A stretch of 64,000 nt of DNA from an uncultured Actinomycetota bacterium (GCA_963815375.1 CAWFGX010000003.1:6182-70181), one strand, 5' to 3'; numbered from the stretch's first letter, positions 9,880 through 18,691 are shown. A program made the numbers and translations. The notes: generated by a model not told the origin, from the sequence alone.

Positions 9880-11361
9880 GTGCCTGGTGAATACCGCATA
9901 GGCTACGTGAGCGTGACGGAACCAAGCCAGGCCGCGGATCCGCTCGCGCAGCGCGGTGCGGAACCGCTGCCGAGGCGCGACCCGCTACCGCAACGCGGCC
10001 CGGGAGCACTGCCGCAGCGCGCTCCGGGAGCAGCGCCGCAGCGCGGCCAGGGGGCACTCCCACAGCGTGGTCAGGGACCACTGCCACAGCGTGGCCAGGG
10101 GGCAGCGGCGCAGCGCGCCGACCCGCTCTCCCGGCGCGAGCCACTCCCGCAGCGTGGCCGGGAACCACTGCCGCAGCGCGGCCCAGAAGCACTGCCGCAG
10201 CGCGGCCGGGAACCGATGCCGCAGCGCGGCCCAGAAGCACTGCCGCAGCGCGGCCGGGAACCGATGCCGCAGCGCCTCCCGGAGACACCGCCCCAGCAGG
10301 CCGCCGAGCCAGTTCCGCGGCGAGGGCCGGGCGGACTTCCGCAGCGCGGACCGGCACGGGATCCCCTGCCGCAGCGCGGCCCGGAAGCACTGCCCCGGGG
10401 CTACCCGGAGCCCCTGCCGCAGCGCGGACCGGAGCCTTTGCCGCGGCGCGGACCAGACCCGCTGCCGCAGCGCGGACCAGACCCGCTGCCGCAGCGCGGC
10501 CCGGGAGGACTGCCGCAGCGTGGCGGCGGGGATCCGCTGCCGCGGCGAACCGGCCGGACCCGCCGGTCGGGCCGTCATCGCAGCCCGGACCGCCTGAGCC
10601 TGCCCTCGGACGCACCGATCCTGGTGCTCGCCGTGCCCGGCAGCGCCAGCCCGGCCAGCGAACAGATCAGCGCTGAGGTCGTCAGCGCCGCCAGAGTGTC
10701 CTGCCCGGGCGCGGACGTCCAGGTGGCCTATGTCGAGGGCGGCGGGCAGGGCGTCAATGACGTGCTGGCCGGTGTCGCAGAGCGGCCGTACGCGGCCCTC
10801 GCGGTCCTGGTCCCGCTGCTCGCGTGCCCGAATCCCCGGGTGGACGCGGCGCTGGAGCGTGCCGTCGCCGGGGCAACAGGGGACGTCATGGTGGCCGAGC
10901 ACCTGGGCCCGCACCCGCTGCTGGCGGAGGCGATGCACGCACGCCTGGCCGAGGCTGGTCTCGCCCGGGCGGGCCGGGCCCGCGGGCTGTCCATCATCAC
11001 CGCCGCGAACGGGGTGCTTGTGCTGGCCGACCGCGGCGACGACGCCGTTCGCGCGGCCGGGGTGACCGCCGTCCTGCTGGCGGGAAGGCTGGCCGCTCCG
11101 GCAGCTCACGCGTCCATCGATGACCCGCAGGGCATCGCTACCGCGATAGCGCGGCTGCGCGACGCGGGTGCCTCACGCGTGGCCATCGCGCCGTGCATCA
11201 TCGGGCCCGAGACCGATCCCGCGGAGCTGGACGCCGTCGCCTCGGCTACCGGCGCGGTCTGTGCTCCGCCGCTCGGCGCGCACCCGGCGATCGCCCAGCT
11301 CGTCGCCATGCGTTACGGCGCTGCTCTGGCCGGGCTGCGCCCGGCCGACTCCATTGGCTGA
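9880..11361 (+). CDS. cbiX: Sirohydrochlorin chelatase (CbiX/SirB-like), possibly with a repeat-rich N-terminal extension
   Basis: The C-terminal roughly 245 aa (ILVLAVPGSASP... LVPLLACP... IAPCIIGP) resemble a two-lobed CbiX. The N-terminal roughly 245 aa are octapeptide repeats. An alternative GTG start at 10624 would exclude the repeats. Confidence 0.6.
   Translation: MPGEYRIGYVSVTEPSQAADPLAQRGAEPLPRRDPLPQRGPGALPQRAPGAAPQRGQGALPQRGQGPLPQRGQGAAAQRADPLSRREPLPQRGREPLPQRGPEALPQRGREPMPQRGPEALPQRGREPMPQRLPETPPQQAAEPVPRRGPGGLPQRGPARDPLPQRGPEALPRGYPEPLPQRGPEPLPRRGPDPLPQRGPDPLPQRGPGGLPQRGGGDPLPRRTGRTRRSGRHRSPDRLSLPSDAPILVLAVPGSASPASEQISAEVVSAARVSCPGADVQVAYVEGGGQGVNDVLAGVAERPYAALAVLVPLLACPNPRVDAALERAVAGATGDVMVAEHLGPHPLLAEAMHARLAEAGLARAGRARGLSIITAANGVLVLADRGDDAVRAAGVTAVLLAGRLAAPAAHASIDDPQGIATAIARLRDAGASRVAIAPCIIGPETDPAELDAVASATGAVCAPPLGAHPAIAQLVAMRYGAALAGLRPADSIG
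9937..10560. repeat. Array of about 25 degenerate 24-nt tandem repeats (octapeptide PLPQRGxE in the + frame)
   Basis: The core CCGCAGCGCGG recurs every 24 nt. A 48-nt unit is duplicated exactly at 10171-10218 and 10219-10266. Several frames on both strands are open across the array. Confidence 0.9.
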
Positions 11362-11550
11362 CCGGAGAACGCACCGGACTACCGCACAGCGAACAGGCCA
11401 TTGACAAGGACGATGCCGCTGCGCTGAAGTTCCTACTGCGGGCGCCGCTGCGGCAGGTGTGTCCTGCTCCGTCCGGCCCAGCCGTCTGCTTCCTGCAATT
11501 GCCTGCTACCGAAACAGGCCGACATATCGCCCAGAGAGGGGTGAGCGGCA

Positions 11551-12366
11551 GTGAGCGAATGGGACGCAACATCGTATGAGGGCAAGCCAACTATCCTCCG
11601 GGTCGTCCGCGATGAAGCGGAGAATTTCTTCGCGCTGGCTGAGCAGTCTGGAGCCTGGGACGCCCCGACCGCCTGCGAGAGCTGGAGGGTCAAGGACGTC
11701 GTCGGTCACCTAATCGACACCACCGAGGGCTACTTCAACTCCTTTGACATCGCCCGCAACGGCGCGGAGACGCCGCAGGCCTACGGGCTGGCCGGAATGC
11801 ACGAGCGGGCCGGGGAGTCGGCGCAGCAGTTCCACGACCTGTCACAGGCCGCGACGATGGAGCGGGCGCGCGCCGACCTGGAGAAGCTGATGGGCATCCT
11901 CGAGCCGCTGACGGCCGAGGAATGGAGCGGGATGATCGTCCCGCACTTCTACATGGGCCCAGTGCCTGCGTTCTTCTATGCCGCAGGCCAGCTCATGGAC
12001 TACGGGGTCCACTCCTGGGACATCAAGCAGGGAACCGGAAAGAACCACGGGATCTCCGGCGACGCCGCTGACTTGCTGGTGCCGTTCATGTTCGTGCTGT
12101 GGCAGTCGACGATCAAGCCCGATGCTGACCTCAGCCCGTTCACGATCGGCGTCCGGGTCACCGGCCGCAACGCCGGCGAGTACCGGGTCTCAGTCAGCGA
12201 CCAGGGCATGCAGTTCGAGCCGGGCAGCGTCGACGACCTTCCGGCAGTCATCGACTTCGACGCCGGAAGCCTGGTGCTTACCACCTTCGGCCGCATCAAC
12301 GGCGGCACAGTCCGCGGCGACGGCGCCCTGGCCGAGCGCTTCCTCAACCTCTTCTACAGGATCTAG
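11551..12366 (+). CDS. Mycothiol-dependent maleylpyruvate isomerase family (MDMPI/DinB-like) protein
   Basis: WDAPTACESWRVKDVVGHLID N-terminal motif. The C-terminal half is SCP2-like. Confidence 0.75.
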   Translation: MSEWDATSYEGKPTILRVVRDEAENFFALAEQSGAWDAPTACESWRVKDVVGHLIDTTEGYFNSFDIARNGAETPQAYGLAGMHERAGESAQQFHDLSQAATMERARADLEKLMGILEPLTAEEWSGMIVPHFYMGPVPAFFYAAGQLMDYGVHSWDIKQGTGKNHGISGDAADLLVPFMFVLWQSTIKPDADLSPFTIGVRVTGRNAGEYRVSVSDQGMQFEPGSVDDLPAVIDFDAGSLVLTTFGRINGGTVRGDGALAERFLNLFYRI

Positions 12367-12424
12367 CACGACCGAGCGGTCTTGAGGTCCAGCACACGTC
12401 TGAGTACCGGGCGTGCTTCGGGTC

Positions 12425-12456
12425 GTGTCCGGCGACGCGTTCAGCGTGCCGGACAC
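12425..12456. terminator. GC-rich hairpin between convergent genes
   Basis: GTGTCCGGC (12425-12433) pairs perfectly with GCCGGACAC (12448-12456) around a 14-nt loop. A second small hairpin, GCCCGG/CCGGGC, follows. Confidence 0.35.
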
Positions 12457-12476
12457 GCCCGGCATGCCCGGGCTGT

Positions 12477-12755
12477 TCAGTGCGCGGAGCAGCCGAATGG
12501 GGCGTGAGCGTCCGCCGCCTCCTGCCACCGCAACTGGACCGCCAGCTGACCGGCTGAGGGTGCGTGCACGTAGAAGGCGGGCGCGCCCTGGTGGTATGTC
12601 TGGATGAACTCTCCGCGCCGGGCCGCGTGCCACCCGGAGCCCTGGTCTGCCCAGATCCGCCAGCGCGGGAACAGCTCTGCCAGTACCTCAACGCCGGCCT
12701 CGGATAGCACTGCTGCGCCCATCTGGCACGCGTCTCCTTCTGGCTCGCTTTCCAC
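12477..12755 (-). CDS. Small hypothetical protein (WRIW...GxWHAxRRG motif)
   Basis: It is the only coding-like ORF in a 450-nt gap. The motif resembles small actinobacterial proteins I recall near mobile DNA. An alternative start is at 12722. Confidence 0.35.
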   Translation of the reverse strand: MESEPEGDACQMGAAVLSEAGVEVLAELFPRWRIWADQGSGWHAARRGEFIQTYHQGAPAFYVHAPSAGQLAVQLRWQEAADAHAPFGCSAH

Positions 12756-12813
12756 CGTGGCCGAAGGCCACGATGCGGTCTTATCACCCTGCGCGCCCGG
12801 GATGCTGGGCGAT

Positions 12814-14373
12814 TTAGGATTCCGCGTCGTATTCGCCTGGCTGATGGCCGGCCGGGAGACGGTGCTTGGCTACCCGCGACGTTGGTGTGCGCGGCAGGTC
12901 GTCGATGAGCTGCCAGTAGCGGGGCACTTTGTAAGCGGCGAGCCTGGCCGCGGCGAAGGAGCGCAGCTCGGTGAAGTCCGGGGTCAGCCCGTCGGCGGCC
13001 ACCACGAACGCCTTGACGTCTTCCTCGGACAGTTCGGACGGCACCCCGACCACTGCGCACTCGTGCACGGCGGGGTGGGCCTGAAGGACCTCCTCGACCT
13101 CGAGCGGTGACAGGTTCTCGCCGCGGCGGCGCAGCACCTCCTTCTGCCGGCCCACGAACGTGTAGTTCCCGTCACCGCCCACCGTGGCCAGGTCGCCGGT
13201 GCGCAGCCAGCCGTCATGGAACAGCGCCGCGGTCTCTTCCGGCATGCCCCAGTAACCGGGGGTGAGTACCGGGTTGCGCAGCTCGATCTCGCCGGTCCCG
13301 CCCGCACCGAGGACACTGCCGTCCTGGCCGACCACGCGCGCCTCGTTGATCGGGCCGAGAACGGGGTGCTGGCGCACCGAGCCCAGCGTGCCGTACGGCC
13401 GGGTCCCCCGCGCCCAGATCAGGCCGTACGGGGACTCTGACATCGCATAGCCGTTGACGATCTTGATGCCGAATCGGCGCTCCATCTCCAGCTGGCGCTC
13501 CCGCTCGGGCGCGGGCCCGTTGTAGCACAGCCGCAACGGCGTACTGGCGTCATCGGCGCGCCGTGGCTGGTTTATCAGCATCTCCAGCATCGCGCCGATC
13601 GCGTTGAACTCTGTAGCCCCGTGCCTGCGGGCGGCATCGAGGAATCCGCTGGGTGAGAACCGCGGCAGGAGCACCAGGCCAGCGCCGCAGGCCAGCGAGC
13701 CCATCACCGAGTAGGCGGGAGCGTTGACATGAAACAGCGGCAGCGACGTCATCAGGCGGTCGGCCGCCGTCAGTTCCATCCAGAACGGAAAGCCCTCCCC
13801 CGCCATCGCGTACGCCCGGTGGGTCTGCATGACCAGCTTGGACCGCCCGGTGGTGCCCGACGTCGGGATCAGCACAGCCAGGTCACCGGGCCCGACGACA
13901 TCCGGCAGGCTGCCGGGGCGGCCATTGGCCACGGCCGCGCCGGCAAGCTCGTCGCAGTCCAGCACGCCGGGTTCCGGCAGGTCGGTCCGGGCCTCGGCGA
14001 CTAGCGAGGCCAGTCCGGCGTCGGTGATCAGCGCCCCCGGCCTGACCTGGCGGACCAGCCCGGCCAGCTCGGGCGGGGCGCTGCGCGGGTTCACGGTCAC
14101 AGCTACCGCGCCCATCGTGGTCAGGGCTAGCCAGCACAGCAGGTAGGGCGGCGTGGTCCGCGCGGTGACCATCACCATGTCGCCCCGCCGGACGCCAGCG
14201 TCGCCCAGCGCGCCGACCAGGCCCGCCACGATCGCGACGGCGCCGGCGAAGGTCAGCGGCTCGGTATCGTCGGAGCGCAGCCACACGCCGCCGGGGTCCC
14301 GCTCGGCCGCGGCTGCGAGTAGCCGCGGGATCGTGCCGGCGTAGCTGGTCACCTGGGCCGGATCAGCGGTCAT
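12814..14373 (-). CDS. AMP-dependent synthetase/ligase (acyl-CoA synthetase family)
   Basis: LIPTSGTTGRSKLV AMP-binding motif, YGMSE-like GYAMSES, TGDL...GRQKE and a C-terminal KxxR lysine region. Confidence 0.9.
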   Translation of the reverse strand: MTADPAQVTSYAGTIPRLLAAAAERDPGGVWLRSDDTEPLTFAGAVAIVAGLVGALGDAGVRRGDMVMVTARTTPPYLLCWLALTTMGAVAVTVNPRSAPPELAGLVRQVRPGALITDAGLASLVAEARTDLPEPGVLDCDELAGAAVANGRPGSLPDVVGPGDLAVLIPTSGTTGRSKLVMQTHRAYAMAGEGFPFWMELTAADRLMTSLPLFHVNAPAYSVMGSLACGAGLVLLPRFSPSGFLDAARRHGATEFNAIGAMLEMLINQPRRADDASTPLRLCYNGPAPERERQLEMERRFGIKIVNGYAMSESPYGLIWARGTRPYGTLGSVRQHPVLGPINEARVVGQDGSVLGAGGTGEIELRNPVLTPGYWGMPEETAALFHDGWLRTGDLATVGGDGNYTFVGRQKEVLRRRGENLSPLEVEEVLQAHPAVHECAVVGVPSELSEEDVKAFVVAADGLTPDFTELRSFAAARLAAYKVPRYWQLIDDLPRTPTSRVAKHRLPAGHQPGEYDAES

Positions 14374-14873
14374 GCCAGAGACGATACGGCCATCCGTTTC
14401 AGCACTGTCATGCTCACGTAGTCCTTGTCCGGGCCAAGCGCCCGCCAGCGCTCCTCCAGCAGATCCGGCGAGAGCACCCGGAACGTCACCACGTAGTCGT
14501 CACGGCCGGCGCACACGTGCTTGGCCCGCCAGCGGCCTGAGGCGAGGTCGAGATGGTAGAACGCGCGTCCGTCGGCGAACCGCACGTCCACCGCGCCGCC
14601 AGGAAGCCCGCGGAAAACAAGCGTACGGAACGCTGGCCCGGCGTGGCCGCCGAAGCGGAGCTCGCCCCGCTCGGTGTAGCGCAGCACCGCCGGCTCGCTG
14701 GTGGCCGCGAACTCGGCCTGGCCAGTGAACGTTCCGCAGCAGCCGCTCCGGTAGTCGGTCAGCCGCCGGTCCAGATGCCAGGCGCCGCGCAGGAGCGCCA
14801 GCGTGCCGCGATCATGCCTGGCCACGCGCTGCGGCATCCGGTAAGGTCCGACCGAATCCCCCCTCACCCCCAC
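14370..14873 (-). CDS. DUF6314-like protein
   Basis: The pattern WHLDRRLTDY...G...F.G.A.F... YHLDL... matches my recollection of DUF6314. An ATGA overlap joins it to the downstream ligase gene. An alternative start is at 14837. Confidence 0.5.
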   Translation of the reverse strand: MGVRGDSVGPYRMPQRVARHDRGTLALLRGAWHLDRRLTDYRSGCCGTFTGQAEFAATSEPAVLRYTERGELRFGGHAGPAFRTLVFRGLPGGAVDVRFADGRAFYHLDLASGRWRAKHVCAGRDDYVVTFRVLSPDLLEERWRALGPDKDYVSMTVLKRMAVSSLA

Positions 14874-14892
14874 CTCCCGTCACTAGTGAGGC

Positions 14893-15681
14893 ATGACCCT
14901 TATGTCGCAATCGGCCGTGCTGCGCAGGCCCGCCCCCCTAGTCCTCGCCGACCTGCTTCCAGGCGCTCTGGTACGAGACATTCTCCTCGTCGTAGGCGCC
15001 GCGGGGTTCGTGGGCGGGCTCGCCCAGATCTCCATCCACCTGTCGTTCACGCCAGTCCCCATCACTGGCCAGACGCTGGGGGTTCTGCTGGCCGGGACGG
15101 CGCTTGGGTGGCGGCGTGCCGCGGCTGCCATGGCCCTGTACGCGGTCGCTGGCATCGCAGGGGTGCCCTGGTTCGCCGGCCATGCTCACGGCTATGTGGG
15201 TGCGTCGTTCGGGTACATCATCGGGTTCTTCCTCGCCGCGGCTCTGTGCGGCGCGCTCGCTGAGCGGGGGGCCGACCGGTCGGTGCTCAGGTCGGTGCCG
15301 GCGATGCTCGCAGGGGAGGTCGTGATCTACGCGGCCGGTCTCACCTGGCTGGCCCTTGACCTGCACCTCGGCGCCTCGGCGACGATCCATGAGGGGCTGA
15401 CCCCGTTCCTCGTCGGCGACGCAGTCAAGGCTGTCATTGCGGCGGGCCTGCTTCCTGCGGCGTGGCGGCTGGCAGGTCGCCGGGCGGCGCCGGACCAGCA
15501 CTCAGCGGGGCCCGGGCCGGGCGAGGGCACAGTAGCCGCCGAGCCGCCAGCCTCCTGCGGCCGGAGGCCGCGGGAGAGCACCTCCAGCATGTCGTCGATG
15601 ACGTCCGGCGGGACCTGCCCGCCCGCGGTCCAGTCGGCCCAGCGCATGCCGATGAAGTTGCCGACGCCGGTGTACAGGTAG
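14893..15681 (+). CDS. bioY: Biotin transporter BioY (ECF S-component type)
   Basis: FTPVPITGQTLGVLLAG, GYIIGF and PFLVGDAVKA motifs. The recognisable domain ends near 15483, followed by a roughly 65-aa low-complexity tail. Confidence 0.85.
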   Translation: MTLMSQSAVLRRPAPLVLADLLPGALVRDILLVVGAAGFVGGLAQISIHLSFTPVPITGQTLGVLLAGTALGWRRAAAAMALYAVAGIAGVPWFAGHAHGYVGASFGYIIGFFLAAALCGALAERGADRSVLRSVPAMLAGEVVIYAAGLTWLALDLHLGASATIHEGLTPFLVGDAVKAVIAAGLLPAAWRLAGRRAAPDQHSAGPGPGEGTVAAEPPASCGRRPRESTSSMSSMTSGGTCPPAVQSAQRMPMKLPTPVYR

Positions 15682-16214
15682 GCGATCACCTCAGGGTCAT
15701 AACGCGCGTCCACCTCGCCGGCCAGCTGGGCCCGGCGGACCCCGCGGGCGTAGCCGCGAGCCAGCCGCTCGTAATACTCGCGGAACAGCCCGGGATCGAC
15801 GAACTCCGACTCGCGCACGATGCGGTCGATCCACGGCCGCCGGGACAGCATCTCGAAGAAGGCGCCGAAGCTGGCGCGCTCTCTCGCCCGCTGGTCACCG
15901 GGTGCCTGTTCCAGGGCAACACGCATCGCTGCCCGCAGGTCGGCGTTGATCTGGCGCACCACGGCCGCGAAGATGTCTGACTTCGAGTTGAAGTGCAGGT
16001 AGAAGCTGCCAGTGGCGATCCCGGCCCTGGCGCAGATCCCGGCCACGCTGGTCCTCTGGTAGCTGCGTTCGCCGAACAGTTGCTCTGCAGCCGACAAGAG
16101 CCGCTCAGCTGGTGGTTTGTCATTAACCACTGCTGGCTTGCGGTTCGCTGCGACGGTCGCAATGTGCTTCGCAGCTCGCCTTGAGGGCACCCCTCGGCCC
16201 TCCGGCTCGGTCAT
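15327..16214 (-). CDS. TetR/AcrR family transcriptional regulator
   Basis: HTH region ERSYQRTSVAGICARAGIATGSFYLHFNSKSDIF. I chose the start at MTEPEG. The recognisable domain ends near 15560, followed by a roughly 80-aa tail antisense to bioY. Confidence 0.85.
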   Translation of the reverse strand: MTEPEGRGVPSRRAAKHIATVAANRKPAVVNDKPPAERLLSAAEQLFGERSYQRTSVAGICARAGIATGSFYLHFNSKSDIFAAVVRQINADLRAAMRVALEQAPGDQRARERASFGAFFEMLSRRPWIDRIVRESEFVDPGLFREYYERLARGYARGVRRAQLAGEVDARYDPEVIAYLYTGVGNFIGMRWADWTAGGQVPPDVIDDMLEVLSRGLRPQEAGGSAATVPSPGPGPAECWSGAARRPASRHAAGSRPAAMTALTASPTRNGVSPSWIVAEAPRCRSRASQVRPAA

Positions 16215-16319
16215 GCTCGGGCTCCGTTCTGAGGCCGGAACGGATCGCCGGCGCCGTTCACCGGCCCAGGCCGCTGCCCGCCCGTGAGCTGGCACGGGCG
16301 GGCAGCGACCGGGCTGCGG

Positions 16320-17648
16320 TCAGGGCGACGGGATCCCGCTGGCGGGCGCCGCGGGCTGCGCCGTCGTGAAGGTATTGATCGCTCCGGTCGGGCTGGTGTC
16401 GGTAACCTGCACGGGCCCGGTCTGAACCAGGACGCCGTTCTTGATAACGCCCATGTAGGCGCCGGTGATGCCGTCGTGATTGGTTGCGGAATAAGCGTAG
16501 GGCGCCACGGCGACTCCCTGCGGGAGCCCGCCGTTGATGGCGCTGACCAGGTCCTGCCGCGTCGGATTGCGCCCGGCCTTGAGCATGGCCTGTACGAACG
16601 TGTAGGCGGCCGACATGCCGTAGAGCACGTTGCCGTCCATTGGCAGGCTCGGGATGTACTGGTTGTGGATCTTCGTGAACAGGCTGATCCAGCTGTTGCC
16701 GGTGTCGCCGAGCGTCGGCAGGTAGCCGTCGGTGATGATGCCCTGGGTCAGCTGGTTACCCTGCACCGTGGCACCCCCCTGCTTGGCGAAGGACTGGAGC
16801 AGGCCGGCCAGGGTGATCGGGTCCGAGCCCACATCGCTGACCACGAGCTGCGGGCTGAAGCTGACCTTGAGGCTGGTCAGCTGCAGCAGCGCGGTGAAGG
16901 CGGGAACGGAGAACGAGACGACTACCTGCGCTCCGGCTGCCTTGAGCGCTGTGACCTGCGGCTCGACGTTGGTGACCGTCGGGTTGTAGCTCTCCTGGGC
17001 AACAACCTGTGACTTGGGAATCTCGTAGTTCAGGCCCTTGACCCCGTCCATGCCGAACTCGTCGTCCTGGTAGAAGTAGCCGATCTTCATGCCCGCGAAA
17101 TGCTGCTTGATGTAGGCGCCTAGGATCTTGCCCTCGCGGATGTAGTCGATCTGCCAGCCGAACGTCTGCGGGTAGCTAGACGGGTTGTTCCAGCACTCGC
17201 AGCCCGAGGCAACGAACACGTCCGGCACCTTGGAGCTGTTGAGGTAGTTCACAACCGCCAGGTGCGTCGGGGTGCCCAGCCCGTTGAAGATCGCGTAGAC
17301 GTTGTCCTGGAGTACGAGCTGGTGTACCACCGTCGAGGTGATGGTGGGGTCGTACTGGTCGTTCAGGTACTTGTACGAGATCTTGCGGCCGTAGACGCCG
17401 CCGTGAGCGTTGACGTACTGGAAATAGGCGTTGGACGCTGGCGCGATCTCGTCGTAGCCGGGCGCGGCCACCCCGGTCAGCGGCTGATGGCTGCCGATCA
17501 GGATCTGCGAGGCCGTGATGCCAGGGGCCGAGGCAGTGAGCGCTCCGCTGGACGAGCTTGGGCTGCTGCTTGACGAGCTGCAGGAGGCCAGCACCAGTGC
17601 TACGGCCGTGATCGCTGCTGCGAGACTCGCCCGATATGGTCTTCTCAT
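16320..17648 (-). CDS. ABC transporter substrate-binding lipoprotein, branched-chain amino-acid (LivJ/Peripla_BP_6) type
   Basis: Lipobox LASCSS followed by a Ser-rich linker. The size and sequence are of the type-I periplasmic-binding kind. It is the last gene of the liv-like operon. Confidence 0.85.
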   Translation of the reverse strand: MRRPYRASLAAAITAVALVLASCSSSSSSPSSSSGALTASAPGITASQILIGSHQPLTGVAAPGYDEIAPASNAYFQYVNAHGGVYGRKISYKYLNDQYDPTITSTVVHQLVLQDNVYAIFNGLGTPTHLAVVNYLNSSKVPDVFVASGCECWNNPSSYPQTFGWQIDYIREGKILGAYIKQHFAGMKIGYFYQDDEFGMDGVKGLNYEIPKSQVVAQESYNPTVTNVEPQVTALKAAGAQVVVSFSVPAFTALLQLTSLKVSFSPQLVVSDVGSDPITLAGLLQSFAKQGGATVQGNQLTQGIITDGYLPTLGDTGNSWISLFTKIHNQYIPSLPMDGNVLYGMSAAYTFVQAMLKAGRNPTRQDLVSAINGGLPQGVAVAPYAYSATNHDGITGAYMGVIKNGVLVQTGPVQVTDTSPTGAINTFTTAQPAAPASGIPSP

Positions 17649-18691
17649 GTGGTGCCTTCTTCCTGGTGTTCGCTGGCCGGCCGACGTCGGCGCAGCGCGG
17701 TGAACGGCGCGGCCGCAGTGGGCGCGGCTGGCCGGAAGAGGCGGCGCAGGCCGCCCTGGATGCCCGCCGGGAAGACGAGCATGACGACGATCAGCACGAC
17801 CCCGTAGGCGGCGACCGGCACGTAGGAGCTAGTCCCGCTGGAAAGGCCGTGGCTGACCGCCACGTTGGTGAGATAGCTGGGAACCAGGACCAGGACCAAG
17901 CTCCCCCACACCGCGCCGGCCAGGCTGCCGAGGCCGCCCAGCACGGCGGCGGTAAGCAGGCCGATGGAGAGGGTGAGCGTGTAGGCGCCGGGGCCGACGA
18001 TCCCGGTGACCGTGGCCAGCAGCGCTCCGCCGAGGCCGGCGCAGGCGGCGCTGACCACGAACGCGAGGACCTGCAGCCTGGCGACGTTGAGGCCGGACAG
18101 CGACGCGGCCACCTCGTCGTCGCGCACCGCGCGCCAGCTGCGGCCGATCCGGCTGCGGCCGATGTTGGCCAGCAGGATCAGGATGATCAGGGCGGAGGCG
18201 CAGGTAACCCACGCGACCCAGCGCTCCGGCGGGAAGCTGGCACCGAGGAAGGACGGGGTGGTGATCGATACCGACAGGCCCTGGTCGCCACCGAACACGC
18301 CCGGGTACTGGTTGGCCACCGTGGGCAGGGCAACAGCGAGCATCAGCGTGGCACCAGCCAGGTACGGCCCGCGCAGCCGGGCTGCGGCAAGCCCGAAGAT
18401 CGCGCCGCCGACCGCGGCGATCGCTGTGCTCGCCACGAGCACCAGCGCCAGGTTCCACTTCTGGTGCAGCATCAGCAGCGCGCAGGCGTAACCCCCGACC
18501 GCCATGAACGCGCCGTTGCCCACTGAGATCTGGCCGCTGAGCCCGATCAGGACTGTGAGCCCGGCGACGGCAGCGACGTACGCCGCGACCTCCGCCATCT
18601 GGTAATCGCGGTAGCCGCCAAGCTGGATGGACAGCAGCGCCAGAACGACGGCCACGCAGATCGCGGCTCCCAGGTGGCGGGCAAGGGTCAC
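17645..18691 (-). CDS. livM: Branched-chain amino-acid ABC transporter permease (LivM-like)
   Basis: Polytopic membrane protein that overlaps neighbouring genes by 4 nt. LivM-like conserved region GQISVGNGAFMAVGGY. Confidence 0.85.
   Translation of the reverse strand: MTLARHLGAAICVAVVLALLSIQLGGYRDYQMAEVAAYVAAVAGLTVLIGLSGQISVGNGAFMAVGGYACALLMLHQKWNLALVLVASTAIAAVGGAIFGLAAARLRGPYLAGATLMLAVALPTVANQYPGVFGGDQGLSVSITTPSFLGASFPPERWVAWVTCASALIILILLANIGRSRIGRSWRAVRDDEVAASLSGLNVARLQVLAFVVSAACAGLGGALLATVTGIVGPGAYTLTLSIGLLTAAVLGGLGSLAGAVWGSLVLVLVPSYLTNVAVSHGLSSGTSSYVPVAAYGVVLIVVMLVFPAGIQGGLRRLFRPAAPTAAAPFTALRRRRPASEHQEEGTT

Noticed and set aside
9840-9950. Possible cobalamin riboswitch ahead of the CbiX-type gene (GGGAAC..., GGTGAATACC and AAGCCAGG resemble parts of the B12 element).
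   Set aside because: Only fragments of the consensus are present. I could not find the GCnGnCCCGCAAC core or a full B12 box. The chelatase may serve sirohaem rather than B12. A covariance-model scan (Rfam RF00174) would be needed, and I do not claim the riboswitch.
9937-10560. The regularly spaced 24-nt repeats could be taken for a CRISPR array.
   Set aside because: The repeats are contiguous with no unique spacers, the period is only 24 nt, and no cas genes are present. This is a tandem (mini-satellite or octapeptide) repeat.
9734-11109. Minus-strand ORFs of 293 and 374 aa, and a second + frame ORF, across the repeat array and the CbiX gene.
   Set aside because: They are open only because the CCGCAGCGCGG repeat lacks stops in several frames. 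Their products are Ala/Arg homopolymer-like. No independent support exists.
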